64,000 nucleotides of DNA from positions 1 through 64,000 of IMG/VR virus record IMGVR_UViG_3300008450_000013; one strand, written 5' to 3'. Both the position numbers and the translations under genes were made by a program. Positions 36,977-46,318 of this stretch are shown one piece after another (within the stretch, counting starts at the first letter, position 1; each line of letters starts with the position of its first letter). Origin of the DNA: a virus. Under the pieces are notes generated by a model. It was not told the DNA's origin. It searched no databases and worked only from the letters and a program-made list of their open reading frames with translations.

Positions 36977-37378
36977 ATGACACAAAGAACAATACGCTTA
37001 GAAGTAGAAGCTAAAGTGAAAGCTTGGGCAGCAGCTCAATCTCCCGCAATACCAATTGCTTACGAGAACGTAGCTTTCACAAAACCTGATGCAACATTCA
37101 TAGAACTATACATCATTCCAGCAACTACTGTCAATCAAACTGTAAGTGCAGCTAGAAAAACTTTAACAGGGTTGATACAGTTTAACATATACACAAAAGA
37201 AGGTGTTGGCACAAAGAAGTCAGAAGAACTTGCACAAGCTCTCTTAGACCTCTTCCCTGTAGTTCCTAAAACTGGCACTGTCAGTATAGAACAAACAGGT
37301 AGTATTATGAACACACTTTACGAAGCACAATGGCTCGTAACACCTGTACGTTTCAGATACAGGCAAGAAAATTATTAG
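36977..37378 (+). CDS. tail terminator protein
   Basis: IAYENV.F.KP, G..Q.NIY...G.G and PV.FRY motifs. Confidence 0.7.
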   Translation: MTQRTIRLEVEAKVKAWAAAQSPAIPIAYENVAFTKPDATFIELYIIPATTVNQTVSAARKTLTGLIQFNIYTKEGVGTKKSEELAQALLDLFPVVPKTGTVSIEQTGSIMNTLYEAQWLVTPVRFRYRQENY

Positions 37379-37440
37379 CAGCAAAATTTGCCCTCTTGGG
37401 CGCTATCAAGCCGTAAGGCAAATTTAATAAAGGAAATAAA

Positions 37441-37797
37441 ATGGCAGCATTAACACTCACTACACTGCAGAGTGCAACAGGTGTAGCAACAGCTATTGTC
37501 AATACAGCGTCAGCTTCTGACACTATGACATACGTTGCTGGTACTGGTCAACTGGTAGAGATGGACAATACTACAGTTGGTAGTTTGACATTGAATATCA
37601 AAGGTACAGCCCCTTCAGCAGCATACCCAATTACAGGTACTTCTACTACTACAGATTTGTCAGCAGGCTTTAACGTAACTATCGCTGCTGGTGCAAAGAA
37701 AATTATCAACTTGGATAAGATTAAAGCTTACTTGGTTGGCACAGGTGTTGTCACTCTCTCAGGTGCAGCTACATTAAAAATCACTGTTTACGCTTAA
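37441..37797 (+). CDS. small virion structural protein
   Basis: Strong RBS; Thr/Ala-rich; precedes the tail tube gene. Confidence 0.6.
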   Translation: MAALTLTTLQSATGVATAIVNTASASDTMTYVAGTGQLVEMDNTTVGSLTLNIKGTAPSAAYPITGTSTTTDLSAGFNVTIAAGAKKIINLDKIKAYLVGTGVVTLSGAATLKITVYA

Positions 37798-37815
37798 TCC
37801 TAAAGGAAAATAAAA

Positions 37816-38259
37816 ATGGCAATTCATACCGCAGCAGGTACAAAGTTCTCTATCTCAGCAGGCTTACCAGTAACTAATGATGAAGCAGGCTACGCAGCTC
37901 TGACATTCACAGAAGTTGGTGAAGTTACAAATATTGCAGACTTCGGTGCAAACTCTAACGTCATTAACCACTCTCCTTTGAGTGACCCAATCATTCAGAA
38001 ATACAAAGGTAGTGCTGATATGGGTGGTGGTAGTTTGGACTTCGCTACATTGTCTTCTGATGCAGGTCAAATCTTGTTGAAGACAGCAGCAGCTTACAAT
38101 ACTTATGCAGCTTACTCTGTAAAAGTAGAAGAGTCTGATGGTTCTATCAGTTACTTCAAAGCATTGTTCACATCTTTCGTTAAGAAGATTGGCACAATTG
38201 ATAACGTAGTTATGGCTAGTGTCAACATGGCTATCACTTCTAAAGTTATCGACGCTTAA
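37816..38259 (+). CDS. major tail tube protein
   Basis: T.AGTK..IS..LP.T.D.AGYAALTFTEVGEV...KYKGS...DAGQ siphovirus tube motifs. Confidence 0.82.
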   Translation: MAIHTAAGTKFSISAGLPVTNDEAGYAALTFTEVGEVTNIADFGANSNVINHSPLSDPIIQKYKGSADMGGGSLDFATLSSDAGQILLKTAAAYNTYAAYSVKVEESDGSISYFKALFTSFVKKIGTIDNVVMASVNMAITSKVIDA

Positions 38260-38339
38260 TAAATAGCAACAAGAAGGGGGACACAGATTCCCCTCTTAAT
38301 AATATAAATTAAATTCTCTCAAACTATAAAGGAAATAAA

Positions 38340-38744
38340 ATGGCTTTCAAATCTTCAAACTTCAAAGCAAAAACTTCTGCCGTGCCTATCGTTGTATTAC
38401 ATCCTGTCATTGGTGAAATGATTGATGAAAAAGGTAATAAAGTTACCCTTCATATCTACGGTAAGGCTTCTAAACAATATCGTGACTACACGGAAGCTCA
38501 GACAGATAGCTTCATTGCAAAACAGCAAGCTAAAGTCAAATCTAAGACCACTGGCAAGCAATTGTTAGCAGATCGTGTTAAGTTCATTGCAGCTATGACA
38601 GATAAGATCGAGCACTACGAAGATGAGAACGGTGGTAAGTACGATAACACAGAAGCTTTAGAGGCATTGTACACAGACCCATCTCATCACTGGTTGTTAG
38701 AATTTGCTGAAACAGCTTTGGAAGATAACGCAAATTTCTTTTAA
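38340..38744 (+). CDS. tail assembly chaperone (gpG-like)
   Basis: Between the tube and TMP genes; ends ...NANFF at a slippery site. Confidence 0.8.
   Translation: MAFKSSNFKAKTSAVPIVVLHPVIGEMIDEKGNKVTLHIYGKASKQYRDYTEAQTDSFIAKQQAKVKSKTTGKQLLADRVKFIAAMTDKIEHYEDENGGKYDNTEALEALYTDPSHHWLLEFAETALEDNANFF
38732..38738 (+). promoter_or_regulatory. programmed -1 ribosomal frameshift heptamer A AAT TTC
   Basis: X XXY YYZ just before the stop; the -1 frame stays open to 39187. Confidence 0.8.
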
Positions 38745-39187
38745 CCCTGTCTGACGAGCTTCTACTTTTTGCAAGACAATTAGGATGGTATCACAGCACA
38801 CCTGAAAAGGAAACAAAGAGTAGGGCTGCAAAATTATTAGAACAAGATCAAGGACTAGAACTCAGTTTGCCTACATGCACAGCCGAGTTTCTAGTCCTTT
38901 TGTTTTATGAGAGTGGGCTTTGTGGGCAGGGTATGAATGGGGCTACTCCTTTAACGTGGCAAGAGATTCAGTCATGGAATGAAATCGCTGATAAGCGATT
39001 GACCCCTTGGGAAGCAAACATGATACATGAGATGAGTGTAGCTTATGTAGGTGAAGTACACGCTGGCACAGACCCTTTAAAACAACCTCCTGTTGCAGTT
39101 GGTGGGGATATTACTGAAGTGAAGCGTAAAGCTGTGGCAAGTGCATGGAAACAAATGAAACAAAATGCAAACGAAAAATACAAATAA
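38738..39187 (+). CDS. tail assembly chaperone gpGT extension (-1 frame)
   Basis: LLTLSDELLLFARQLGWYHS...PLTWQEI.SW...L.PWEA; no RBS of its own. Confidence 0.75.
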   Translation, partial: LLTLSDELLLFARQLGWYHSTPEKETKSRAAKLLEQDQGLELSLPTCTAEFLVLLFYESGLCGQGMNGATPLTWQEIQSWNEIADKRLTPWEANMIHEMSVAYVGEVHAGTDPLKQPPVAVGGDITEVKRKAVASAWKQMKQNANEKYK

Positions 39188-39203
39188 AGAATAAGGAAGC
39201 CTT

Positions 39204-42200
39204 ATGGCAATGACACCGAGCCAACTATCAATTATAGTTCAATCTAAAGGTATCAAGGATGCAACTGATGACCTTAATAATTTAGCTAAAGCTGCGTCTT
39301 CTGTAGATAAGGAGACGAAGGCTTTTGTCATTGCTCAACAGAAGCTTTCTGAGTCTAACAGTAAAGTCTCTAAGAGTTCTGAGGCGACAGCAAGAGGTGT
39401 GTCAGCTCAAGAGCTTGCTTTAATTAGAGCACACAATGCTGCCAATAAGATGAACGATGCTATGACAGCAACGGCTGTTAAGCAAAAACTCATGGCTGAT
39501 AATAAGTTAGCTGCAGAGTTAGAGCGTCAAGCAGTAGCTTCTGAGAGAGCTGCTAAGGCTGCAGAAGCACACGAACGAGGCATGGTTAAGCAACACATGC
39601 AAGCACTGAAAATGAACGAAGCTTTTGACAAGCATGCTAAAGGTTTGGATGAAGTTACAAGACGTGGCAATGTATATGTCAACACATTGCGCTCAATGGC
39701 TACAGCAGCTTTAGCTTATGTAGGTGTTAATTTCTTTGCTAATATTATCAAACAAGCAGATGCGTGGGGTTTGTTACAAGCTAAGTTAAAACTTGCTGTA
39801 GGTAGCATGGAGCTTGCTAAGAGTGTGCAGAACGACTTGTTTAATATGTCACAAAACCTCAGAGTTCCATTAGAAGACACTGCCAAACTCTTTACACGTA
39901 TGTCAGTTCCTTTGCAACGAATGGGGCAGACTGTTGGAGATACTAAGAAAGTTGTAGAAGCCTTTAGTATGGCATTAAAGTTAGGTGGTGCTACAGGACA
40001 AGAAGCCTCTAGTGCTATGTTACAATTGTCTCAATCGTTCAATGCTGGACGTTTGAACGGTGGTGAATTTAACTCTGTAGCAGAAGCAGCTCCAAGCGTA
40101 TTGAGAGCTATTGAGGTTGAGTTGAAACGCGTTGGCAAAGGTGCGGATTTAGCTAAGTATGGATTGAAGGAACTTGCAGCTAAGGGCATTATTTCTGTCG
40201 AGATTATGGCAGAGGCACTTAAACGTGCAGCTCCAAAATGGGAAGAAGAGTTTAAGCAACTCCCACTCACTGTTGATGGCGCTATGACTCGCATCAAGAA
40301 TGCTTGGCAAAGAGCTATAGGTGAGATGGGACAAGATACTAAGTTCAATGAGAGATTAGCTAAGTCTCTGAAAACTATTGAGGACATGCTACCTAGCGTG
40401 GCTAAAGCAATTGCTGGTGCTTTTGTGTTCATGGTAGATAATGGTGAGATTTTATTAAAGACTTTAGCTGGTATTCTTGCTGTAGGAGCAGCATTTAAAG
40501 CTTGGGCTGTTGTCTCTGCAATGTACGCTGCAGGAACGGCTGCTATGGCTTTGTCTGGCGGTTTGGCTGCTGTACGTGCAGCATTACTGGTTATTGGTAT
40601 TACTCCTGTTGGATTAGCCATCACAGCATTAGGAGCTATCTTAGCTGGAAGCATCACCCTTCTTGGTAAAAAGAAGCAAGCTTGGGAGAGTGTTAAAGAG
40701 GCTTCTGACAAAGTTAAAAGCAATGACGAACTTATTAAGTCGATGAAGCTGGAAACTTTAGCAATGATGGAGCAGGTTGACGTTGCTAGAAACAAAGCAA
40801 GTCTCCCACCTCTTTACACCAAAGAAATTGAATCCGCAAAGAAAGCGACAGGAGCTACAAGTGCTTACACAGAGGCTTTAAATACAGCAGCTAAGGTGGA
40901 GAAGGATATTCTAACTTGGAAAAAGAGTCAAAAAGGGGGAATTAGTTTAGAAGTTGGTAAAGGTGAATACTACCTACCGAAAGATTTGGTCAAAGCTCGT
41001 GAAGATGCAAAGAGGGCAGTAGAACAAGAGAAAGTAAAGAATGCGGAAGTTGCTGAACAAACTAGGCTCGGCGCTCAAATAAAAGAAGCTGCTAACAAAG
41101 AATCTATGAACAAACTTGCAGAGCAATATGCTTTGGAAGCGAAGACAGGGAAACAAAGAGCTGAAGCTGTGAAAGCTGCTGCAATTGCAGAGCTGGATGT
41201 TCTAGTAAAGAATGGGTTGAGCAAGCAAGCGGCTTTCGATAGGATGATTAAAATAGAAAGAGATTACCAAGAGGCTCTCGATAAAATCAAGTCACCTAAA
41301 GCAGAAAAAGAAGCTAATAAAAATCTTGAAGACTACAATAAGCGATTAGATGAAATTATTAAGTCCACTGCTATCATAAATCAAGAGATGGCTAACATGA
41401 AAACTTTTGGAGATGCTTGGGAAAAGATGCTCCCAGAAGAAAAGAAGTTGATGGATGTTATTTCAAACTTTGATAAAGTATCTTCTGCAGTTGGAAAAGT
41501 CAGGGCGCAAGCTGAACTCGATGCTGCTATGAAGAAAGCTAACGCAGCGTTAGAAGCGAAATTCCTACAAGATGAGCTGGCAGGTAAACTTAAAGTAATT
41601 GATTCAGCAGAGAAGTCAGCAAAGTCTGCACAAGAAGAGTTAAAATCTGTCGAAGATCAAATAGCTGCTTTTGGTAAAGTTAAGGGAAGTATCCAAGAAT
41701 CTGAGATGGCTCGTTTGAACGATCAATTGACAGTTGCTAAAGGTATTGTTGGGCAAGAAGCTCTTGTCAAAGCTCTTGAAGAAGAGATAAAAACAAGAGA
41801 TAAAATAAAAGAGAAAACTGGAGAACTCGCGGGGTTAAAAGACGTGTCGAAGTTAGATACTGATGCCAAAAAAGCACTAGCAGATATGTGGGACACTTCA
41901 AAAGTTGACAAGTTTGAAAGTGCCACTTCAAAAGCATTGAAAGGAGCATTGAAAGGATTTGTTGACTTAATAAAAGTGATGGATAAATACAAGGCAGCAC
42001 AATCCTATATTGCGGATAGAACGAAAGATAATGAGAGGACTAACCGAAAAACTGCCGAAGGGGAATTAGAGTACCAAAAGAATAAAGCAGAGATTGCCAG
42101 AAAATCTGATGAGTATCAAATAGCTGCTTATGCTTCAATGGCAACTGCTGCAAGAGATTTCTTCAAAGAAGGTACTAAGGGTTATCAAGCAATGGATGCT

Positions 42201-44846
42201 GTTTCTAAAGTGTACCACGCAGCTCAAATGGCTCGTAACCTCATGGAAATGACAATGCTTGCTACAAAGGGTGTGATGAATCAAGCAGGTGGAGATGTCT
42301 ATACAGCAATCCCCCGTATGGCAGCTATGGCAGCAATTATGGCTGGTCTTGGTTATGCTACAGGTATGTTTGGCAGTTCTGGTTCAGGTGGCATGAAAGC
42401 TGCAGACGTTCAAAAGACACAAGGAAGTGGAACAGTGTTTGGTGATGCTGAAGCGAAATCTGAAAGCATTTCTAAGACAATTGAATTACTGAAGAAATCT
42501 ACTGATAGGCTCTATCCTGTTAACCAAGGAATGTTGAAGAGTTTACAGAGTATTGAATCTAATATGACAGGTTTAGCTAATCTTGTAATTCGATCTGGCG
42601 GTATTGCAGAAGGCAGTAATATGGGTATCAAAGAGAGCAAAACAGCGAGTACATTCGGCAGCGGTATGTTTAGTTTTGCTAACAGTCTTACAGGTGGGTT
42701 GTTTGCCTCAGCAATTGACCCTCTGGGGAAAGCAATACAGAAATTATGGGGCGGTACAGAGAAGAAGATAATTGATTCTGGTTTGCAATTTGGTGGTAGT
42801 TTATCTGGCATGAAACAAGGACAAGGATTTAATCAATACGCATCTGTAGACACTACCACAAGTAAATACTTTGGATTGAGTAAAGAAACAAATAACGAGA
42901 TTAAGAAGCAAAGTCTAGATAAAGCAGTAACAGACCAGTTAGCTTTAGTGTTCACAAACATGCAGAAAACTCTAGAAGAGGCGGGTAAAGCCTTGTACGG
43001 GTCTTCCACATTTGTTACAGACGCTCTCAAAAACATGGTTGTTGAAGTAACTAACCTATCTTTGAAAGGACTATCTGGAGAAGAAGCAACTCAGGCGATC
43101 AACAATGTCATCTCTAAAACTTTAGATCAAATGGCAGCTACAGCTTTCAAGAGCTTAGATAGTTTACAGAGTCTAGTTGGCGAGGGATACGCAGAAAAGG
43201 TAATACGCATAGCCAACTCTTTTGCAACAGCTAATGCTATTCTTGGCAAGTTCAACTTCAAGTTGTTTGAAATGTCTGACGCTGGTATCAAAGCTTCAAT
43301 GGCATTCACTGAGTTATTCGGTAGCTTAGAAAACTTACAGAGTGTCACATCAAGTTACTTTGAAAACTTCTACAGAGAAGAAGAACAAGTTAAGATTAAG
43401 ACAGAAGCTGTTGCTAAAATCATGAAGAGTTTAGGTAAAGAAATGCCTGCAACTCGTGAAGGATTTAAACTGTTAGTAGATCAAGCTCAAGCTGCTGGAA
43501 ATCTAGAACTTGTAGCTAATCTGATGAAAGTTTCTGGAGCCTTCGCAGAAGTTGTACAGTGGGCTGAAAAAGCTGCTGACTCTACAATGAATTATGTTGG
43601 TGAAGCTGCTAATCGTCCTAGCCTTGAGGATGACGTACTGCCAAGTCTGAAAGAAGCTTTAACTAAATCAGCAGAAGTTGCACAGAAGTGGTTAAGTGTC
43701 AGCAAGCAAGCTAGTGATATTCGTGCTCAGATTGGTAATGTGTTAGGAGGTAATGATAACATTAAGATGGAAGCTACGAGACGTGCTGAGAAGCTTTGGA
43801 AGATGATGTCTAGTGATATTACAGTTGAACAGAAGTTAAGTTTAGCTGCAGAATTAAAAGATAATATTATTTCTAAGTATCAAATTGAACGTGAGTCTAT
43901 CACCAAAATGATTGACTTCACAAAGCAATTGAGAACGTATGTAGATGGCTTGAAACTTGGCAGCTTGTCTCCTTTGACAATGACTCAAAAGCTTGCAGAA
44001 GCTCGTAGACAATATGAAACAACATTGACAAAAGCTCAGGCAGGTGATACAATAGCTCAAGGTGCGTTGACAGGAAGTGCTAACACATACTTAGAACTTG
44101 CCAAGACAGCATACGCTTCAAGTGATGGCTACCAAGCAATCTTCAACAACATCACATCGTCTCTAGATGCAATGAACATTGACACTCGTTCTGCTGAAGA
44201 GAAGCTATTAGTTGTTAGTGAAGCTCAACGAAACGAGTTGATGAAGCTTGTCACAGAACTCAACACAATTGAGTCTGTTGCGGATAGCTACTACAAGTCT
44301 ACAGTAGTTACAATGAGTAGTCAACTGACGGTTCTTAACAATCTCTACACTCGTATGGGCATCTTTGACGGTATTGCTGTAGATGTGGCAGGACTTCCTG
44401 CTGAATTAGCAGCAGCTCTTGCAGGCACATTTGGACGTTCATCTGGCGAAGATTTTGTCAAAGCAATGTACAGTAAGTTTGCTAACAAAACTGGCACTCA
44501 AGTTGATGCACAAGGACTTGCATATTGGACTCGTGAGTTTGAATTGTATGGTAGAGATTATGTTCTCAAAGCTTTCCAAGACAGCGTAGAGAAAGTTAAT
44601 GCTAAAGCAGCTTCAATGGCTCCACCTCCTGCAGCATCGACTGCAGCTTCTAACGAGTACAAGTTACAAGTAGAAGATTTGAGAAAAGAGATTGCAGCAA
44701 TGCGTGAAGATGCACAAGTACAAACAGTGGCTCTAATGAATACTTTGATTGAAACCAGCAAGTCTAATGCTGCGACAATTGTCGAAGGTACTCAGGAAGG
44801 CTTAGATAAAAATAACCCAAATTGGAATAAGGTGACAATGGAATGA
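39204..44846 (+). CDS. tape measure protein
   Basis: 1880-aa Ala-rich helical protein; QLSQ...GRL.G.EFNSV.EAAP tape-measure motif. Confidence 0.93.
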   Translation: MAMTPSQLSIIVQSKGIKDATDDLNNLAKAASSVDKETKAFVIAQQKLSESNSKVSKSSEATARGVSAQELALIRAHNAANKMNDAMTATAVKQKLMADNKLAAELERQAVASERAAKAAEAHERGMVKQHMQALKMNEAFDKHAKGLDEVTRRGNVYVNTLRSMATAALAYVGVNFFANIIKQADAWGLLQAKLKLAVGSMELAKSVQNDLFNMSQNLRVPLEDTAKLFTRMSVPLQRMGQTVGDTKKVVEAFSMALKLGGATGQEASSAMLQLSQSFNAGRLNGGEFNSVAEAAPSVLRAIEVELKRVGKGADLAKYGLKELAAKGIISVEIMAEALKRAAPKWEEEFKQLPLTVDGAMTRIKNAWQRAIGEMGQDTKFNERLAKSLKTIEDMLPSVAKAIAGAFVFMVDNGEILLKTLAGILAVGAAFKAWAVVSAMYAAGTAAMALSGGLAAVRAALLVIGITPVGLAITALGAILAGSITLLGKKKQAWESVKEASDKVKSNDELIKSMKLETLAMMEQVDVARNKASLPPLYTKEIESAKKATGATSAYTEALNTAAKVEKDILTWKKSQKGGISLEVGKGEYYLPKDLVKAREDAKRAVEQEKVKNAEVAEQTRLGAQIKEAANKESMNKLAEQYALEAKTGKQRAEAVKAAAIAELDVLVKNGLSKQAAFDRMIKIERDYQEALDKIKSPKAEKEANKNLEDYNKRLDEIIKSTAIINQEMANMKTFGDAWEKMLPEEKKLMDVISNFDKVSSAVGKVRAQAELDAAMKKANAALEAKFLQDELAGKLKVIDSAEKSAKSAQEELKSVEDQIAAFGKVKGSIQESEMARLNDQLTVAKGIVGQEALVKALEEEIKTRDKIKEKTGELAGLKDVSKLDTDAKKALADMWDTSKVDKFESATSKALKGALKGFVDLIKVMDKYKAAQSYIADRTKDNERTNRKTAEGELEYQKNKAEIARKSDEYQIAAYASMATAARDFFKEGTKGYQAMDAVSKVYHAAQMARNLMEMTMLATKGVMNQAGGDVYTAIPRMAAMAAIMAGLGYATGMFGSSGSGGMKAADVQKTQGSGTVFGDAEAKSESISKTIELLKKSTDRLYPVNQGMLKSLQSIESNMTGLANLVIRSGGIAEGSNMGIKESKTASTFGSGMFSFANSLTGGLFASAIDPLGKAIQKLWGGTEKKIIDSGLQFGGSLSGMKQGQGFNQYASVDTTTSKYFGLSKETNNEIKKQSLDKAVTDQLALVFTNMQKTLEEAGKALYGSSTFVTDALKNMVVEVTNLSLKGLSGEEATQAINNVISKTLDQMAATAFKSLDSLQSLVGEGYAEKVIRIANSFATANAILGKFNFKLFEMSDAGIKASMAFTELFGSLENLQSVTSSYFENFYREEEQVKIKTEAVAKIMKSLGKEMPATREGFKLLVDQAQAAGNLELVANLMKVSGAFAEVVQWAEKAADSTMNYVGEAANRPSLEDDVLPSLKEALTKSAEVAQKWLSVSKQASDIRAQIGNVLGGNDNIKMEATRRAEKLWKMMSSDITVEQKLSLAAELKDNIISKYQIERESITKMIDFTKQLRTYVDGLKLGSLSPLTMTQKLAEARRQYETTLTKAQAGDTIAQGALTGSANTYLELAKTAYASSDGYQAIFNNITSSLDAMNIDTRSAEEKLLVVSEAQRNELMKLVTELNTIESVADSYYKSTVVTMSSQLTVLNNLYTRMGIFDGIAVDVAGLPAELAAALAGTFGRSSGEDFVKAMYSKFANKTGTQVDAQGLAYWTREFELYGRDYVLKAFQDSVEKVNAKAASMAPPPAASTAASNEYKLQVEDLRKEIAAMREDAQVQTVALMNTLIETSKSNAATIVEGTQEGLDKNNPNWNKVTME

Positions 44847-46318
44847 TTTCAGACGCAGAATATACAACATGGCTATCAACACCCTCAGCGATGAGGTGTA
44901 TTCTGGTTGAAGCAACAGCTAACGTCAGTGGCGTAGAAACTGTCAGATATATGTCTAACAGGGGCTACGTCACTAGTCCAACTGACAGTCCTGCTAACAC
45001 TTCTTATCGGAGTATTATTACAGGGGGTGTTAAGCTCTCTGAGAGTTTATCTCTCAGCTCAGAGCCAACTATTTCTGTAGGTGATGTCACAATCACCAAT
45101 GCTAATGGAGAGCTGGATAGTTGGCTTAACGATGTGTGGGATAGCAGAGGTATTTCAATCTACTTCGGTGATATGAAGTGGGCTAGAAGCGATTTCAGAC
45201 TGATCGTAAAAGGCATGATATCAGGGATAGGGAGTCAGAGTAGAAATGAACTCACTCTCTTTATCCGTGATAGCTTACAACGTCTGAACACTCCTGTGAC
45301 GGATACTAAACTTGGTGGAAGTACAGTCAATAAAGACAAGCTTCTTCCTTTAGTGTTTGGCGAAGTGCATAATGTCACACCACTCCTGATTGATGCTACA
45401 TTACACGACTACAAAGTTCACAATGGGGCTATCGAAGGATTTATTGAGTTCAGAGATGAAGGAGTGCCTATCTCAGCTACTCCTACTCTTGGCACAGGTG
45501 TAGGACGCCTCACAGCAAGTCCGTTTGGTAATATTACGGCTTCTGTGCAAGGCAGTAAGCCTTCTACCTACTCAAATCAGATTACGGAAATAATTAAGAA
45601 TCTAGTAAAGAATTGGGGACAGGTTGATAAGCGTCTCTTAGATGCTGATATTGACACAGCAAATTTTGCAGCATTTGCAGCAGCTAACACAGCTCCTGTG
45701 GGAATCTATCTAGACAGCAAAGCTAATGTGCTGGAAGTGTGTCAGCAATTGGCTAACAGTGTTGGTGCGCAGATTACAATGTCTCGCACAGGATTGTTAC
45801 GCTTGCTGAGAATTGATTTTCCTCCAAGTGGAACTCCTAAGCTTATCACAGCTTCTGATATGGTTGAGAGAAGTTTAAAGATTGCAAGTAGAGAGCCTGT
45901 TCAGTCTGCTGTGCAGATTGGTTATTGCAAGAACTACACAATACAAGATAACTTAGCAACTATCATTCCAGACGATCATAAAGCATTATACAGCAGAGAA
46001 TGGTTGACAGCTAAAGCTAGTGATAGCACAGTGAATACGAAGTACAAGCTTCAAACAGAACCAACACAGAAGGACACATTGTTACAGGTAGCTTCAGACG
46101 CTACAGCAGAGGCTACAAGGCTTTTAAATGTCGTCAAGGTGCAAAGAACAGTGTATGAGTTTACAGGCTTTGCAAAGAGCTTAGAACTCGTCTTAGGACA
46201 AGCTGTTACATTGAAGCATAGTCGATTTGGTTTGAGTGCTGGTGTGTTAGGTGTTGTTGTAGGATTAGAGCCTCAGTGGGGGAATGAAGTAAGGGTTAAT
46301 GTAAAGGTTATGATTTAA
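44843..46318 (+). CDS. tail tip hub / Tal-like protein
   Basis: Follows TMP; PLVFGEVHNVTP motif; LELVLGQAV.L.HSRF C-terminus. Confidence 0.7.
   Translation: MISDAEYTTWLSTPSAMRCILVEATANVSGVETVRYMSNRGYVTSPTDSPANTSYRSIITGGVKLSESLSLSSEPTISVGDVTITNANGELDSWLNDVWDSRGISIYFGDMKWARSDFRLIVKGMISGIGSQSRNELTLFIRDSLQRLNTPVTDTKLGGSTVNKDKLLPLVFGEVHNVTPLLIDATLHDYKVHNGAIEGFIEFRDEGVPISATPTLGTGVGRLTASPFGNITASVQGSKPSTYSNQITEIIKNLVKNWGQVDKRLLDADIDTANFAAFAAANTAPVGIYLDSKANVLEVCQQLANSVGAQITMSRTGLLRLLRIDFPPSGTPKLITASDMVERSLKIASREPVQSAVQIGYCKNYTIQDNLATIIPDDHKALYSREWLTAKASDSTVNTKYKLQTEPTQKDTLLQVASDATAEATRLLNVVKVQRTVYEFTGFAKSLELVLGQAVTLKHSRFGLSAGVLGVVVGLEPQWGNEVRVNVKVMI

Noticed and set aside
40031-40795. 254-aa antisense ORF and other long antisense ORFs (e.g. 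2031-2534, 50796-51332, 59981-60418)
   Set aside because: Shadow frames of well-supported genes, with no RBS or motifs
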